Translations under genes and position numbers: made by a program
IMG/VR virus record: IMGVR_UViG_3300010376_000033
Coordinates: 8,587-72,586 of that record
Direction: 5' to 3' (one strand)
From: a virus
DNA length: 64,000 bases
Notes under the pieces: generated by a model
Database searches by the model: none
Told to the model about the DNA's origin: nothing
What the model saw: the letters and a program-made list of their open reading frames with translations, nothing else
In this document: piece after piece, positions 8,301 to 16,830 of the stretch
Layout of the letters: each line of letters begins with the position of its first letter
Numbering within the stretch: position 1 is the first letter of the stretch

Positions 8301-9296
8301 ATGAAGAACGCAGCCTACGAACAGTTTTTGTCCAGCCAGGGCGTACCCTGGACCTACCTGCCCAACCTGGAGCTAGCGGCCATCGATAATCAGAAATCGC
8401 TGGCCAACCAGGCGCGGCTGGAGTTGGCCATCGATCCCGACAGAGTGGCTTTCTACCAGGCGCGGTATAAGGCCGGCGAAGAGAGTCCGCCTCTCATCGT
8501 CTATCGCCAGGGCAAGGGCAAATTCATCATTCTCGACGGCAACCAGCGCCGCCAGGCGTGTCAGCCGGATGGTCAATGGAGAGGACGCTTGTTTCTCGAC
8601 GCCTACCTGATCGAAACGCGCGACGAGCAAGTCCTCAACCGGATTGCTTGGACGGCCAACATCCGTTTGAACGGTAAGCCGCTGACGCCGGCCGAAGCGC
8701 AGGCCCATGCCTTGACCTTTGTCCGCAAGTACGGCTTTACCTGCCAGCAGGCCGGTGCGGAATTTGGGGTTAGCGAGCGCACCATGCATCGGCTGGCGGC
8801 CCTTGAGGACAACAAGGATCGCTTGCGCGAGCAGAAGGTCAAGCGCCTGCCCGCCGACGACGTGCTAATTCGGCTGGCCCCTCTCGCCCATCTGGGCGAC
8901 GACATCTACGCCAAGGCCGTCACGGCGGTTGTGGAGACGGGCGCTTCGACCAGCGATATCGACGCGCTCGCCAAGAGCGTGCGCCGGGCCAAAACGCACG
9001 CGAGCAAGCTAGCGTCCATTGGCGAATTCGAGTCCTCCGAACGGGCCCAGACGCGGCGGGCCCAGACCAAGGCCGGCACCATCCGGCCGCGCTATCCATT
9101 GCCGCGCGAGAAGCTGGACCGCCTCCTCAAGGAAACGCGCGGCCTGCTGGAAGAGCAGCGCATCAAGGAAGTCCTCCTACCAACCCAGAAAAGCGACCGC
9201 GCCAAGCTCGATGAGCTGGCCGCCGACGTGTGCCGGTTGCTGGCCAAGCTGTGCGGGCCACACGTTCTCATCGTGCCGCGCGAGGAGGCTGTATGA
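8301..9296 (+). CDS. ParB/Srx N-terminal domain protein with HTH
   Basis: PPLIVY...FIILDGNQRRQA; HTH-like TCQQAGAEFGVSERTMHR; AGGAG RBS. Confidence 0.7.
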   Translation: MKNAAYEQFLSSQGVPWTYLPNLELAAIDNQKSLANQARLELAIDPDRVAFYQARYKAGEESPPLIVYRQGKGKFIILDGNQRRQACQPDGQWRGRLFLDAYLIETRDEQVLNRIAWTANIRLNGKPLTPAEAQAHALTFVRKYGFTCQQAGAEFGVSERTMHRLAALEDNKDRLREQKVKRLPADDVLIRLAPLAHLGDDIYAKAVTAVVETGASTSDIDALAKSVRRAKTHASKLASIGEFESSERAQTRRAQTKAGTIRPRYPLPREKLDRLLKETRGLLEEQRIKEVLLPTQKSDRAKLDELAADVCRLLAKLCGPHVLIVPREEAV

Positions 9297-9589
9297 ACCT
9301 CGCAGCGCTGGTTCTGGCCGAATGCCTGCACCGCGGCGAAGTGACCGCGGCGCAGCTCCAGGGTATTATCGGCCGCCATATTCCTGCTGCCCAAGCCGCT
9401 ACGGCAGCGCGGCGGCTGATCCGGCATTGGAGGTCAACAAAGCCGGCCCACTACAAGCCGCTTTTGGACATCGGCAAGCGCCACTTGATTAGCAACGTCC
9501 TGTGTCACCTGCGGCGGCAGGGTAAGCTGCGCCGCCTACGCAGAGGCGTTTACGCTGTGCCCGCACCGAAATTGTTTCGATCTGCTTAA
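9293..9589 (+). CDS. Hypothetical protein, possibly winged-helix
   Basis: ATGA overlap; ISNVLCHLRRQGKLRRLRRGVY. Confidence 0.55.
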   Translation: MNLAALVLAECLHRGEVTAAQLQGIIGRHIPAAQAATAARRLIRHWRSTKPAHYKPLLDIGKRHLISNVLCHLRRQGKLRRLRRGVYAVPAPKLFRSA

Positions 9590-9641
9590 CGCCAGGAGTG
9601 TTTCTCTTGTACACCGAAGCCTTGAAAGACAAGGAGCCATC

Positions 9642-9920
9642 ATGAGTCGCCGCCAGGCCAGTGAGTCCGTCCTCCAGGCGCTTCCCGGCTATCTGCCTCC
9701 GGATCGACGCCGTTGTCGCCAGTGCAACATGGTCATGCGGCCCTCCATCGGCTGGCGGGAAACCAAACCGGCCTACCAGGACGCGCAGCAGCGCTACCAC
9801 AGCCCGGAGTTCGAGCCGACGCGGATCGAGTGGTACGGCTATGGTCGTGAGAACCTGTTCTGTACTCTGCGATGCGGCTATGCCTTTGCCTGCGACCTCA
9901 TCAAGAACCAGTCAGCCTAA
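9642..9920 (+). CDS. Hypothetical Zn-finger-like protein
   Basis: CRQC...FCTLRC; AAGGAG RBS. Confidence 0.6.
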   Translation: MSRRQASESVLQALPGYLPPDRRRCRQCNMVMRPSIGWRETKPAYQDAQQRYHSPEFEPTRIEWYGYGRENLFCTLRCGYAFACDLIKNQSA

Positions 9921-9940
9921 TTCCCAGGAGTGAGACCACC

Positions 9941-11110
9941 GTGTACACCGAAGCCTTGACTTTGTGCCTGCAAACGCCGGGCTGCCTGCCGCCCCTTATC
10001 TGGGGCGACTTCGGCATCGGCAAGACCACCATCACCCAGTCCCTAGCCGCGGCGCTGGATTGGGACGTGGAGATTCTCCGTCCCGCCGAGCGCGGCGAAG
10101 GTGCCTTGGGCGTGGTGCCGATCCCTTCCGAGGATCGTTCCGTCCTCCATTACCCCTTGCCCGACTGGGCAGCCCGGCTGCAAGGTTCCGCCAAGCCGGG
10201 CCTTATCTTCCTGGACGAGGTGTCGTCCACGCCGCCGGCCTTGCAGCCGGCCATCATGGGCCTGGCCCTGGACGGCGTTATCGCCGGCCAGCGCCTGCCC
10301 GGTCATATCAAGCGCTGTGCCGCCGCCAATCCGGTCGATCAGGCCGCCGGCGGCTGGGACCTGTCCCCGGCCCTGGCCAACCGCTTTGTGCATCTATCCT
10401 GGCCCTGCCCCAGCGCCCAGAATTGGGTGTCCTGGCTCATGGGACAGCCGGACAGCGGCCTGGCTCTGCGTCTGGACCTGGAGGGGTGGGAGAAGGAGTG
10501 GGGCGCGGCCAAAGCGCTGGGAGCCGCCTTCATTCGCTCTCACCCCGCCTGTTTGCATGAGGAGGTGCAAAAGGTCCTCGGGCGAACCCCGCCGGCATTC
10601 GCAACTCCGCGGAGCTGGGAAGCCGCCTTGCGTTTGCTCGCTTCGTGCCGTGCCGCGCAGCGCGAGGACCTCTACCCCATGCTGGCCCAGGGTTGCCTGG
10701 GTCCCGCCATCGCCCTGGAAGGCACAGAGGACAACCCCGGCGGCTCGTGGCTGGTGTGGTTGAAGCACAACGATCTGCCCGACCCCGAGGAGCTGCTCAA
10801 GGACCCGACGCTCTTTCAACACGATCCGCATCGTCCCGATCGGACATTCGCCATTCTCTACGCCGTGGCCGAGGCGGCCCTGGCCACGGTCAACGGCAAG
10901 AAGCTGACGGAGAAAGCGCGGGTCGAGCGCTGGCAGAAAGGCTGGTGCGTTCTCGACCGCGCCCTGGCCATGAAGCTGGGTAAAGACGTTGTTCTCCTGT
11001 CGGCGCAGATTCTCGTGGACCGCCAGCGCCGGCCCAAGGCCATGCCCGAAGCGGAGGGCAAACGCGTCGTCGAGTTGTTGTCACAATTCATTCCTCTGTT
11101 CCGGGAGTAA
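9941..11110 (+). CDS. MoxR-like AAA+ ATPase
   Basis: PLIWGDFGIGKTT (Walker A), IFLDEV (Walker B), AAANP, SPALANRFVH, ATPRSWE; GTG start after AGGAG. Confidence 0.9.
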   Translation: MYTEALTLCLQTPGCLPPLIWGDFGIGKTTITQSLAAALDWDVEILRPAERGEGALGVVPIPSEDRSVLHYPLPDWAARLQGSAKPGLIFLDEVSSTPPALQPAIMGLALDGVIAGQRLPGHIKRCAAANPVDQAAGGWDLSPALANRFVHLSWPCPSAQNWVSWLMGQPDSGLALRLDLEGWEKEWGAAKALGAAFIRSHPACLHEEVQKVLGRTPPAFATPRSWEAALRLLASCRAAQREDLYPMLAQGCLGPAIALEGTEDNPGGSWLVWLKHNDLPDPEELLKDPTLFQHDPHRPDRTFAILYAVAEAALATVNGKKLTEKARVERWQKGWCVLDRALAMKLGKDVVLLSAQILVDRQRRPKAMPEAEGKRVVELLSQFIPLFRE

Positions 11111-11113
11111 GCC

Positions 11114-11683
11114 ATGAGTATCACGATCGAGCCTCGGGGCGAGCGCGTCTATCTGTTGGGCCAAACCTTCGCCGTCAAGGAGCAGATCAAGCAGGCCGGC
11201 GGCCGCTGGGACGGCAAGGAGCGGGCCTGGTGGTTTCCGATCGACCAGGCAGAGAAGGTACATGCGCTGGCCCGCACCTTGTGCGTGTTGCCGGCAACCG
11301 CCGCTCCCGAGGCGGGTCAGAATGCCGACAAAATCTATCTGACCGGCAAGGGCACCTACAAGGGCCGCACGTATTTTTTGAGCAATGTCACCAAGGACGG
11401 CCAGCGCATCCGCTGCGTGACGCTGCCGGATGCTCAGGGCAAGTTCATCGACTTCTGGGTCGCTGCGAGCCAGGTGCAAATCGTGAAGACCTACCGCCAG
11501 AGCGGCCGGCTTTCCGGCGGGCCGATGACCCTGGGCAGCATGGCCCGCTTTGTCGGCCGCGAGAAGGACGCCACTGCGCGGGGCGCGGCGACCTGCGCCG
11601 CGTGTGGCCGCACGGGCGAGCTGGTCGTGGATCTGGAAGACGGCCAGCTCAAACATTACCGTTGTTGCGACATCCCTTCTTGA
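11114..11683 (+). CDS. Hypothetical protein
   Basis: N-terminal FAVKEQIKQAGGRWDGKERAWW resembles DUF5710-type domains; C-terminal CAAC...CC. Confidence 0.6.
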   Translation: MSITIEPRGERVYLLGQTFAVKEQIKQAGGRWDGKERAWWFPIDQAEKVHALARTLCVLPATAAPEAGQNADKIYLTGKGTYKGRTYFLSNVTKDGQRIRCVTLPDAQGKFIDFWVAASQVQIVKTYRQSGRLSGGPMTLGSMARFVGREKDATARGAATCAACGRTGELVVDLEDGQLKHYRCCDIPS

Positions 11684-11708
11684 TCTTTCGCCTTACAGGA
11701 GTGTGACC

Positions 11709-12248
11709 ATGCGTAGTGTCCTTTGTGTCTATGACATCGCCGATTCTTTGAAAATCGCCAACCCCTCGGCTAAGTTCCGCAAATGGGGGTTCCGCATCAA
11801 TCTGTCGTGCTGGGTCTTCCCCCAGCACTTGGTGCCCAGTGACGACATTGACACCTTGCGCCAGCAGGGTGCCACGGTGCATCTGGTCGAGTTTGCCGAG
11901 AAGGACCAGGAGAAAATCCTGGACCTGGCCCGCGCCGAGCTGCGCCGCCACATCGGCACGGTCGCCAAGGCGGTGAACGAGAAATGCGGCACCATCGAAG
12001 AGGCGCTGGCCGAGGCAGCGCAATTTGATCCCGACCAGGCCGAGGCGCATTACAAGAAGTGGCGCGCCGTCCTCAACAAGGGGCGGCGCGAGTTGCTGGC
12101 TGCCCAACAATGCACCCTGGGTTTCACGATCACGGGTGACGTCCAGGACGCGCTGGACGGCCTGGAATATGTCCTGCGTTCGGAGTTATCCTTTGCCCTG
12201 GCCTGGCGCGACCAGCAGAAACAGCAGAAAGGCTTGGTGACAGTATGA
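11709..12248 (+). CDS. Hypothetical protein
   Basis: AGGAG RBS, ATG 11709; codon usage typical of the genome. Confidence 0.65.
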   Translation: MRSVLCVYDIADSLKIANPSAKFRKWGFRINLSCWVFPQHLVPSDDIDTLRQQGATVHLVEFAEKDQEKILDLARAELRRHIGTVAKAVNEKCGTIEEALAEAAQFDPDQAEAHYKKWRAVLNKGRRELLAAQQCTLGFTITGDVQDALDGLEYVLRSELSFALAWRDQQKQQKGLVTV

Positions 12249-12463
12249 AGTACACCATGAGCGAAGACGGCATCGAACGCGCTACGATCATCGTCAAGGT
12301 GCGCTTGTCGCGGCGAGATATTGCCAACATCAAAGAAATGGCCAAGAAGGGCGGCGAAACCTGGCGTCAATGGATTGACGGTTACGCCAACCTGGGCATC
12401 GAAGAAGGCTTGCTGTCCGAAGACGGCAGCTGCGAGCAACGTTATGGCCGAGGAGGGGATTGA
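12245..12463 (+). CDS. Hypothetical protein
   Basis: ATGA overlap with the upstream stop. Confidence 0.55.
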   Translation: MKYTMSEDGIERATIIVKVRLSRRDIANIKEMAKKGGETWRQWIDGYANLGIEEGLLSEDGSCEQRYGRGGD

Positions 12464-12464
12464 T

Positions 12465-12884
12465 ATGAGCTTGTACAAGGAATCCTGGCAGCGCGTCTTC
12501 CACAAAGCGCTGGTGCCCCAACTGTCGGACAGCGCCCTGGCCGCTTTGCGCCAGGGCGTGGCCGGCGACGATCCGACGCTCATTCAAGGTGCAACCTCGA
12601 CACCGCCGCCCCTTCAGTGCGTGCAGGACTGGCCGGTCGAGGCGGCTTGCCTGATCGGCTACTGCGGCTGGAAAGGCGAAGGCTTAACCAAGGTCGTGGA
12701 CGTGGAGGAGTATTTCGCCAAGGCTTGCTACGCGATTGATATAGCCCTGGGCGAAGCGGCGGGCGTGCGCTACTTGCTTAATTGGTTTGACGAGACGCCG
12801 CGCCCGGAAATGCTGCGGGCGCTGTTGCCCGAGATCGACAAGGCTCTGGCCCGGCGGGAGGCGCTCCGTGCTACCCAAAGTTGA
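12465..12884 (+). CDS. Conserved hypothetical protein resembling a planctomycete family
   Basis: QGATSTPPPLQCVQDWPVEAAC...LNWFDETPR matches my recollection of Gemmataceae hypothetical proteins (unverified); GAGGAGG RBS. Confidence 0.65.
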   Translation: MSLYKESWQRVFHKALVPQLSDSALAALRQGVAGDDPTLIQGATSTPPPLQCVQDWPVEAACLIGYCGWKGEGLTKVVDVEEYFAKACYAIDIALGEAAGVRYLLNWFDETPRPEMLRALLPEIDKALARREALRATQS

Positions 12885-13212
12885 CTACCTGCGCAAGCTG
12901 GGGCTGGGCTGCCAGATCGCTCGGGACGGCATCACCATAAGGAGCCAGGCGTTTGGGGTGTGTTTTGTGGTCCGCGAATACCGGCCTTACCAGCGCAAGG
13001 ACGGGCGCTTTATTTGGCGCAAATATCGCGACCTGACGGGCCCTTTGACGTTTACCCAGCTCTTGCTTTCGCCTTATAGGCCAATGGCGGGACAGAGCCA
13101 AAGCCACACGCAGCGGCGCGTGTGCCGCAGTTGGCACAATGCGCCCTTGACGAGCCAAGAAGAAATCATGGCGCTGGGCGAGCAGATCGCCAGCGCTCGC
13201 GATCAGGAATAA
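12868..13212 (+). CDS. Hypothetical protein
   Basis: GTG start overlapping the upstream gene end; fills the operon. Confidence 0.5.
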   Translation: MLPKVDYLRKLGLGCQIARDGITIRSQAFGVCFVVREYRPYQRKDGRFIWRKYRDLTGPLTFTQLLLSPYRPMAGQSQSHTQRRVCRSWHNAPLTSQEEIMALGEQIASARDQE

Positions 13213-13222
13213 AGAAGGCGCG

Positions 13223-13420
13223 ATGACGCATGTTGCTTGGCTGGTCGTGTGCTGGGACGAGGACGGCGAAGGTGAGGGAACCGCCGAGCGGCCCTACACC
13301 AGCCGTCTGTATCGTGCTGAGGCGGATGCGTTACGCCAACAGAAACGGTTTAAACGCGACGGCTGGCAAAACGCGGTTATTGTCCCCGTGCGCTATGAAA
13401 CGAAGGAGGTTGACGAATGA
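13223..13420 (+). CDS. Hypothetical protein
   Basis: GAAGG RBS; ATGA overlap with the next gene. Confidence 0.55.
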   Translation: MTHVAWLVVCWDEDGEGEGTAERPYTSRLYRAEADALRQQKRFKRDGWQNAVIVPVRYETKEVDE

Positions 13421-14760
13421 CTTTGACGGCAGCGGACATCGTGGCGGCGGCGCGGATGGCGGTTCATCGTCGCCATCCGTACCTGTCGCACGTCCTCTTC
13501 GCCTTGCGTCCCCATCCCGCGCCCGGCCTGGGTACGATGGCGGTTGACGAAGGCTGGCGGCTCTATTACGATCCAGTGACCGTGCTGCGCTGGCACGACG
13601 AGTCCTGGCAAGCAAAGATGAATGCGCTGGAGGACCCGCATCAGGTCGCGCATGACGGCGTGGCTGGCGTGGTCTTTCACGAAATCAGCCATGTCCTACG
13701 GCGGCATTTCGAGCGCCGCGGCGGCCGCGACCCGAAGCTGTGGAACCGTGCCTGTGACCGCGAGATCAACGATGACGTTCTCGAAGCGAAGTGGAAGCTT
13801 CCCGGCCAACCGCTGTTGCCCGAGCATATCGGCATGGCCAACGGCCTGTGTGCCGAACAGTATTACCTGGTAACCCAGTGCGATGAGGGTCACGCGGCCG
13901 TGCCCGGCTGCGGCGGCAGCTGCGGCGGTGCGGTGGGCAACCCGACGGCCTGGGAGCAAGAAAATTCAGGCGCTGGTGTCGGACCTCGTGGTCTAGACAC
14001 TCCTGGGGAAGCGGGAGACCCGTCCTTGCACGAGGCGGGCTCCCCTTCCTTTCTTCCCGATCCCGCCTCGGAGCTGGAGCAGCAAATCGTCCTGCGCCGG
14101 ACAGCGCTGGACACCCTCGACCACTTAAAAACGCGCTGTCGCGGCCTGGTTCCCGCCGGCCTGCAAGCCTGGGCCAAGGCCGCCTTGACGCCGCCCAAGA
14201 TCGACTGGCGCCGGCGCCTGGCCGGTCTGTGCCGGCGCGCCCTGGCCACGACGGCGGGAGCGTGCGATTTCACCTGGCGGCGGACGGGACGGCGGACGCT
14301 CCATAGCGCCGGCCGGGCCGGCTGGCCGATTGCACCGGCGCTACACCAGCCCATTCCCAAGGTCGCGGTCGTTCTCGATACGTCGGGATCGATGGGTTGT
14401 AGCCACGGCGAGCGCAGCCGTTTGGACGCGGCCCTCTCCGAGGTCCTGGGCCTGGTCCAGGCAGCCGGCGGCAACCTCTGGGGCGTGGCCTGCGATGCTC
14501 AGGCGCAGGCCATCACCCCTGTCAGCAATCAACGGGACCTGACGCGCTTGAACAAGGGCGGCGGCGGCACGGACATGCGCCCGGGGTTCCAGGCAGCCAT
14601 GAAGCTGCGTCCCGATGTCGTGATTATTCTGACCGATGGCCAGGTCGGCGACGGCTGGCCGAGCCAGGAAGATTGTCACAGGGTTCGCGTCCTGGCCGGT
14701 GTGGTTGGCGACGCCAAGCAGGTGCCCGTTTACATCCCCAGTGTGGAGATCGATGCATGA
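13417..14760 (+). CDS. vWA-domain predicted metallopeptidase (DUF2201-like), usual MoxR partner
   Basis: GTMAVD, FHEISHVLRRH (HExxH), WNRACDREIN, CGGSCGG, vWA MIDAS VLDTSGSM, GGGGTDM, ILTDG. Confidence 0.88.
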   Translation: MTLTAADIVAAARMAVHRRHPYLSHVLFALRPHPAPGLGTMAVDEGWRLYYDPVTVLRWHDESWQAKMNALEDPHQVAHDGVAGVVFHEISHVLRRHFERRGGRDPKLWNRACDREINDDVLEAKWKLPGQPLLPEHIGMANGLCAEQYYLVTQCDEGHAAVPGCGGSCGGAVGNPTAWEQENSGAGVGPRGLDTPGEAGDPSLHEAGSPSFLPDPASELEQQIVLRRTALDTLDHLKTRCRGLVPAGLQAWAKAALTPPKIDWRRRLAGLCRRALATTAGACDFTWRRTGRRTLHSAGRAGWPIAPALHQPIPKVAVVLDTSGSMGCSHGERSRLDAALSEVLGLVQAAGGNLWGVACDAQAQAITPVSNQRDLTRLNKGGGGTDMRPGFQAAMKLRPDVVIILTDGQVGDGWPSQEDCHRVRVLAGVVGDAKQVPVYIPSVEIDA

Positions 14761-14993
14761 GGAAACAGGACGAAATGGCCGACCGGGCCAGCTGTTTGAA
14801 TAAGGCCGAGGACGACGAATGGATTTTCGTGCTGCTGGGCCGCGACCGGGCGGCCTGCAAGGCGGTTGAAGCCTGGATCAAGGAACGCGTCCGACTCGGG
14901 CTCAACCGCCAAACAGATCCGCAAATCCGCAGCGCTGAGGAGTGGGTTAATACCGTCTACGCCCAGCAAGTGAAGGAGGCGCGCCTGTGCTAA
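14757..14993 (+). CDS. Conserved phage hypothetical protein
   Basis: SCLNKAEDDEWIFVLLGRD motif; ATGA overlap. Confidence 0.65.
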   Translation: MRKQDEMADRASCLNKAEDDEWIFVLLGRDRAACKAVEAWIKERVRLGLNRQTDPQIRSAEEWVNTVYAQQVKEARLC

Positions 14994-15472
14994 AGGAGCA
15001 ACGCATTTGCACCGATGACGGCCGCCTGGGCACGCACCGGGAGAAGCCGTCGCGGCGGCTGAGCAAGGCGGTCGTGGAGGACAAGCCGACGATAGTGCCC
15101 GGCATGCCGCCGTTTTACGAATGGGAAAACGACCTCTACTTCGGCAGCTTGCGTCGCTATGACACGGGCGCGCCTCTGGGCTGGGGCGGTGCCTATGCCT
15201 GTATCGGCATCTACGCCCGGGCCAACGACGCCCGGCATGACTGGCGCGAATACCAGCAGATCAAGAATGACTTGGTGGGTCCGGAATGGGAAGCGGTGGA
15301 GCTGTATCCGGCCGAGTCCAGGCTGGTCGATCCGTCCAACGCCTTTTATCTGTGGTGCTTTCCGCCGGGCGTCTTGAAAGACCTGGGGCTGCCCATTCCA
15401 GGCCGCCGCGTCGTGGGACCCCAGGACAAGGGACCGCCGCAGCGGCCGTTTCCCGAAGAAGATACGAAGTGA
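14987..15472 (+). CDS. Conserved phage hypothetical protein
   Basis: HDWREYQQIKNDLVGPEWEAVELYPAESRLVD..N.FYLW, a pattern recurrent in phage hypotheticals. Confidence 0.7.
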   Translation: MLKEQRICTDDGRLGTHREKPSRRLSKAVVEDKPTIVPGMPPFYEWENDLYFGSLRRYDTGAPLGWGGAYACIGIYARANDARHDWREYQQIKNDLVGPEWEAVELYPAESRLVDPSNAFYLWCFPPGVLKDLGLPIPGRRVVGPQDKGPPQRPFPEEDTK

Positions 15473-15521
15473 CGTGTGGAGCGTGTGTTGTTTTCTTTTA
15501 CCACGAACGAAGGGGTTTTCA

Positions 15522-16223
15522 ATGAAGAAGCTCGCGTGTTTCTTGATTTTGGCCTGGGCCTCCTGGGCTCAGGCCGGACCCATCGATCCAGCCACGTTGC
15601 AGATCGGTCCAGGCAACACCCTGGACCCGGTGCAACTAGCGGATAACGGTGTGGTCAATGTGCTGCAAAATTCCGGTGGTGCCGGCACCATCGGTCTGAA
15701 TTGGTTTCTGATCCTGGGCATCCCCAACACCACGACGACAAGCGCCGACATTCTCAAGGTCAACGGCACGTCGGTTGGACCGCTCTTGTCGGACAAAGCC
15801 GGCCAGGCCGATGCGACCTTGAGTGCTGGGCAGGAAGCCTATGCCCAACTGGGTCTGTCCGGGCCCGGCGTGGATGCCTCGAACAACTTCGTCAATTGGT
15901 CCGGTGCCGACTTGAAGGATGACGGCATCACGGCGACTTCGTTTGGTCTGTTTATCTTTGACGTGCCAGCGCTCCTGGCTGCCAAACAGACCGACCAGGA
16001 GTTGTTCGGCAACTTGCCCGTGGGCACGTTTGTTATCGCCTACGGCGTCGGTGCCGACGGCAAGGTTTATGTCACGCCGTTCACCGAGGCGGGGCTCATT
16101 ACGCCCTTTAGTACGCCACCGACCTCGACGCCCGCACCGGCAAGCGCCACCCTGGCACTGCTGGGTGCCAGCGGCCTGGGACTGTTCCTGCGGCAGCGCA
16201 GGACCAGGGCCTTGGTTGTCTGA
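15522..16223 (+). CDS. Exported protein with PEP-CTERM-like exosortase sorting signal
   Basis: Signal peptide MKKLACFLILAWASWAQA; C-terminal TPAPASATLALLGASGLGLFLRQRR (Pro motif, TM helix, basic tail). Confidence 0.75.
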   Translation: MKKLACFLILAWASWAQAGPIDPATLQIGPGNTLDPVQLADNGVVNVLQNSGGAGTIGLNWFLILGIPNTTTTSADILKVNGTSVGPLLSDKAGQADATLSAGQEAYAQLGLSGPGVDASNNFVNWSGADLKDDGITATSFGLFIFDVPALLAAKQTDQELFGNLPVGTFVIAYGVGADGKVYVTPFTEAGLITPFSTPPTSTPAPASATLALLGASGLGLFLRQRRTRALVV

Positions 16224-16246
16224 CACAAAAAGGACGCTTCACACCG

Positions 16247-16280
16247 GCGCCGCAGCGCCTTCCGCTGCGGCGCCTCTTCT
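16247..16280 (+). terminator. Probable intrinsic terminator
   Basis: 11-bp stem GCGCCGCAGCG/CGCTGCGGCGC, 5-nt loop, weak pyrimidine tail CTCTTCT. Confidence 0.55.
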
Positions 16281-16291
16281 CAGGAGAGACC

Positions 16292-16555
16292 ATGACAACG
16301 TTGTGGGTCAAATGGCGCATGATCTGGGCCATTTTGTGCGGTCGTCCGGTGGGTTATCGGATCAGCAGCAGCAGCCAGATTTCCCTGCGCGGCGAGAAAG
16401 GGCTGCTGGTCAAATGCGTGGTCGTCCGCGACGAGCCGACCAGCGCTTGCTTTGTCCTGGAGGCACCGGGCCAGTGCGCCATCGACTGTATCGCCATCGG
16501 CTTTCAGGCCGAGGACCATGCCTTTATCACCAGCCGCTTTCACGGTGACAATTGA
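16292..16555 (+). CDS. Hypothetical protein
   Basis: AGGAG RBS. Confidence 0.55.
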   Translation: MTTLWVKWRMIWAILCGRPVGYRISSSSQISLRGEKGLLVKCVVVRDEPTSACFVLEAPGQCAIDCIAIGFQAEDHAFITSRFHGDN

Positions 16556-16830
16556 AAGAACGCACCCTGGTCCAGAACATCAAACAGGCCATCAAGACGA
16601 CCTGGCCGCGCGCCTTCGTGGTCAAGCTGGCCGACCGCTTCACGCGCGGCCTGCCCGACTTGCTCGTGTTATTGCCCGGCGTGGTCGTGTTCCTGGAAGC
16701 CAAGACGCCCAGCGGCCGGCTATCGGCTATCCAGCGCAGTGTCCACGAAGAAATCGAGCGGGCCGGCGGCTTGGTTGCCGTGGTAACCTCCGTTGAGGAC
16801 GCTCTCTCTTATATAAGGAATATGCTCTAA
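16552..16830 (+). CDS. VRR-NUC domain nuclease
   Basis: ERTLVQNI...GLPDLLVL...VVFLEAKTPSGRLSAIQ (PD-(D/E)xK); upstream of SNF2 as is usual. Confidence 0.9.
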   Translation: MKERTLVQNIKQAIKTTWPRAFVVKLADRFTRGLPDLLVLLPGVVVFLEAKTPSGRLSAIQRSVHEEIERAGGLVAVVTSVEDALSYIRNML

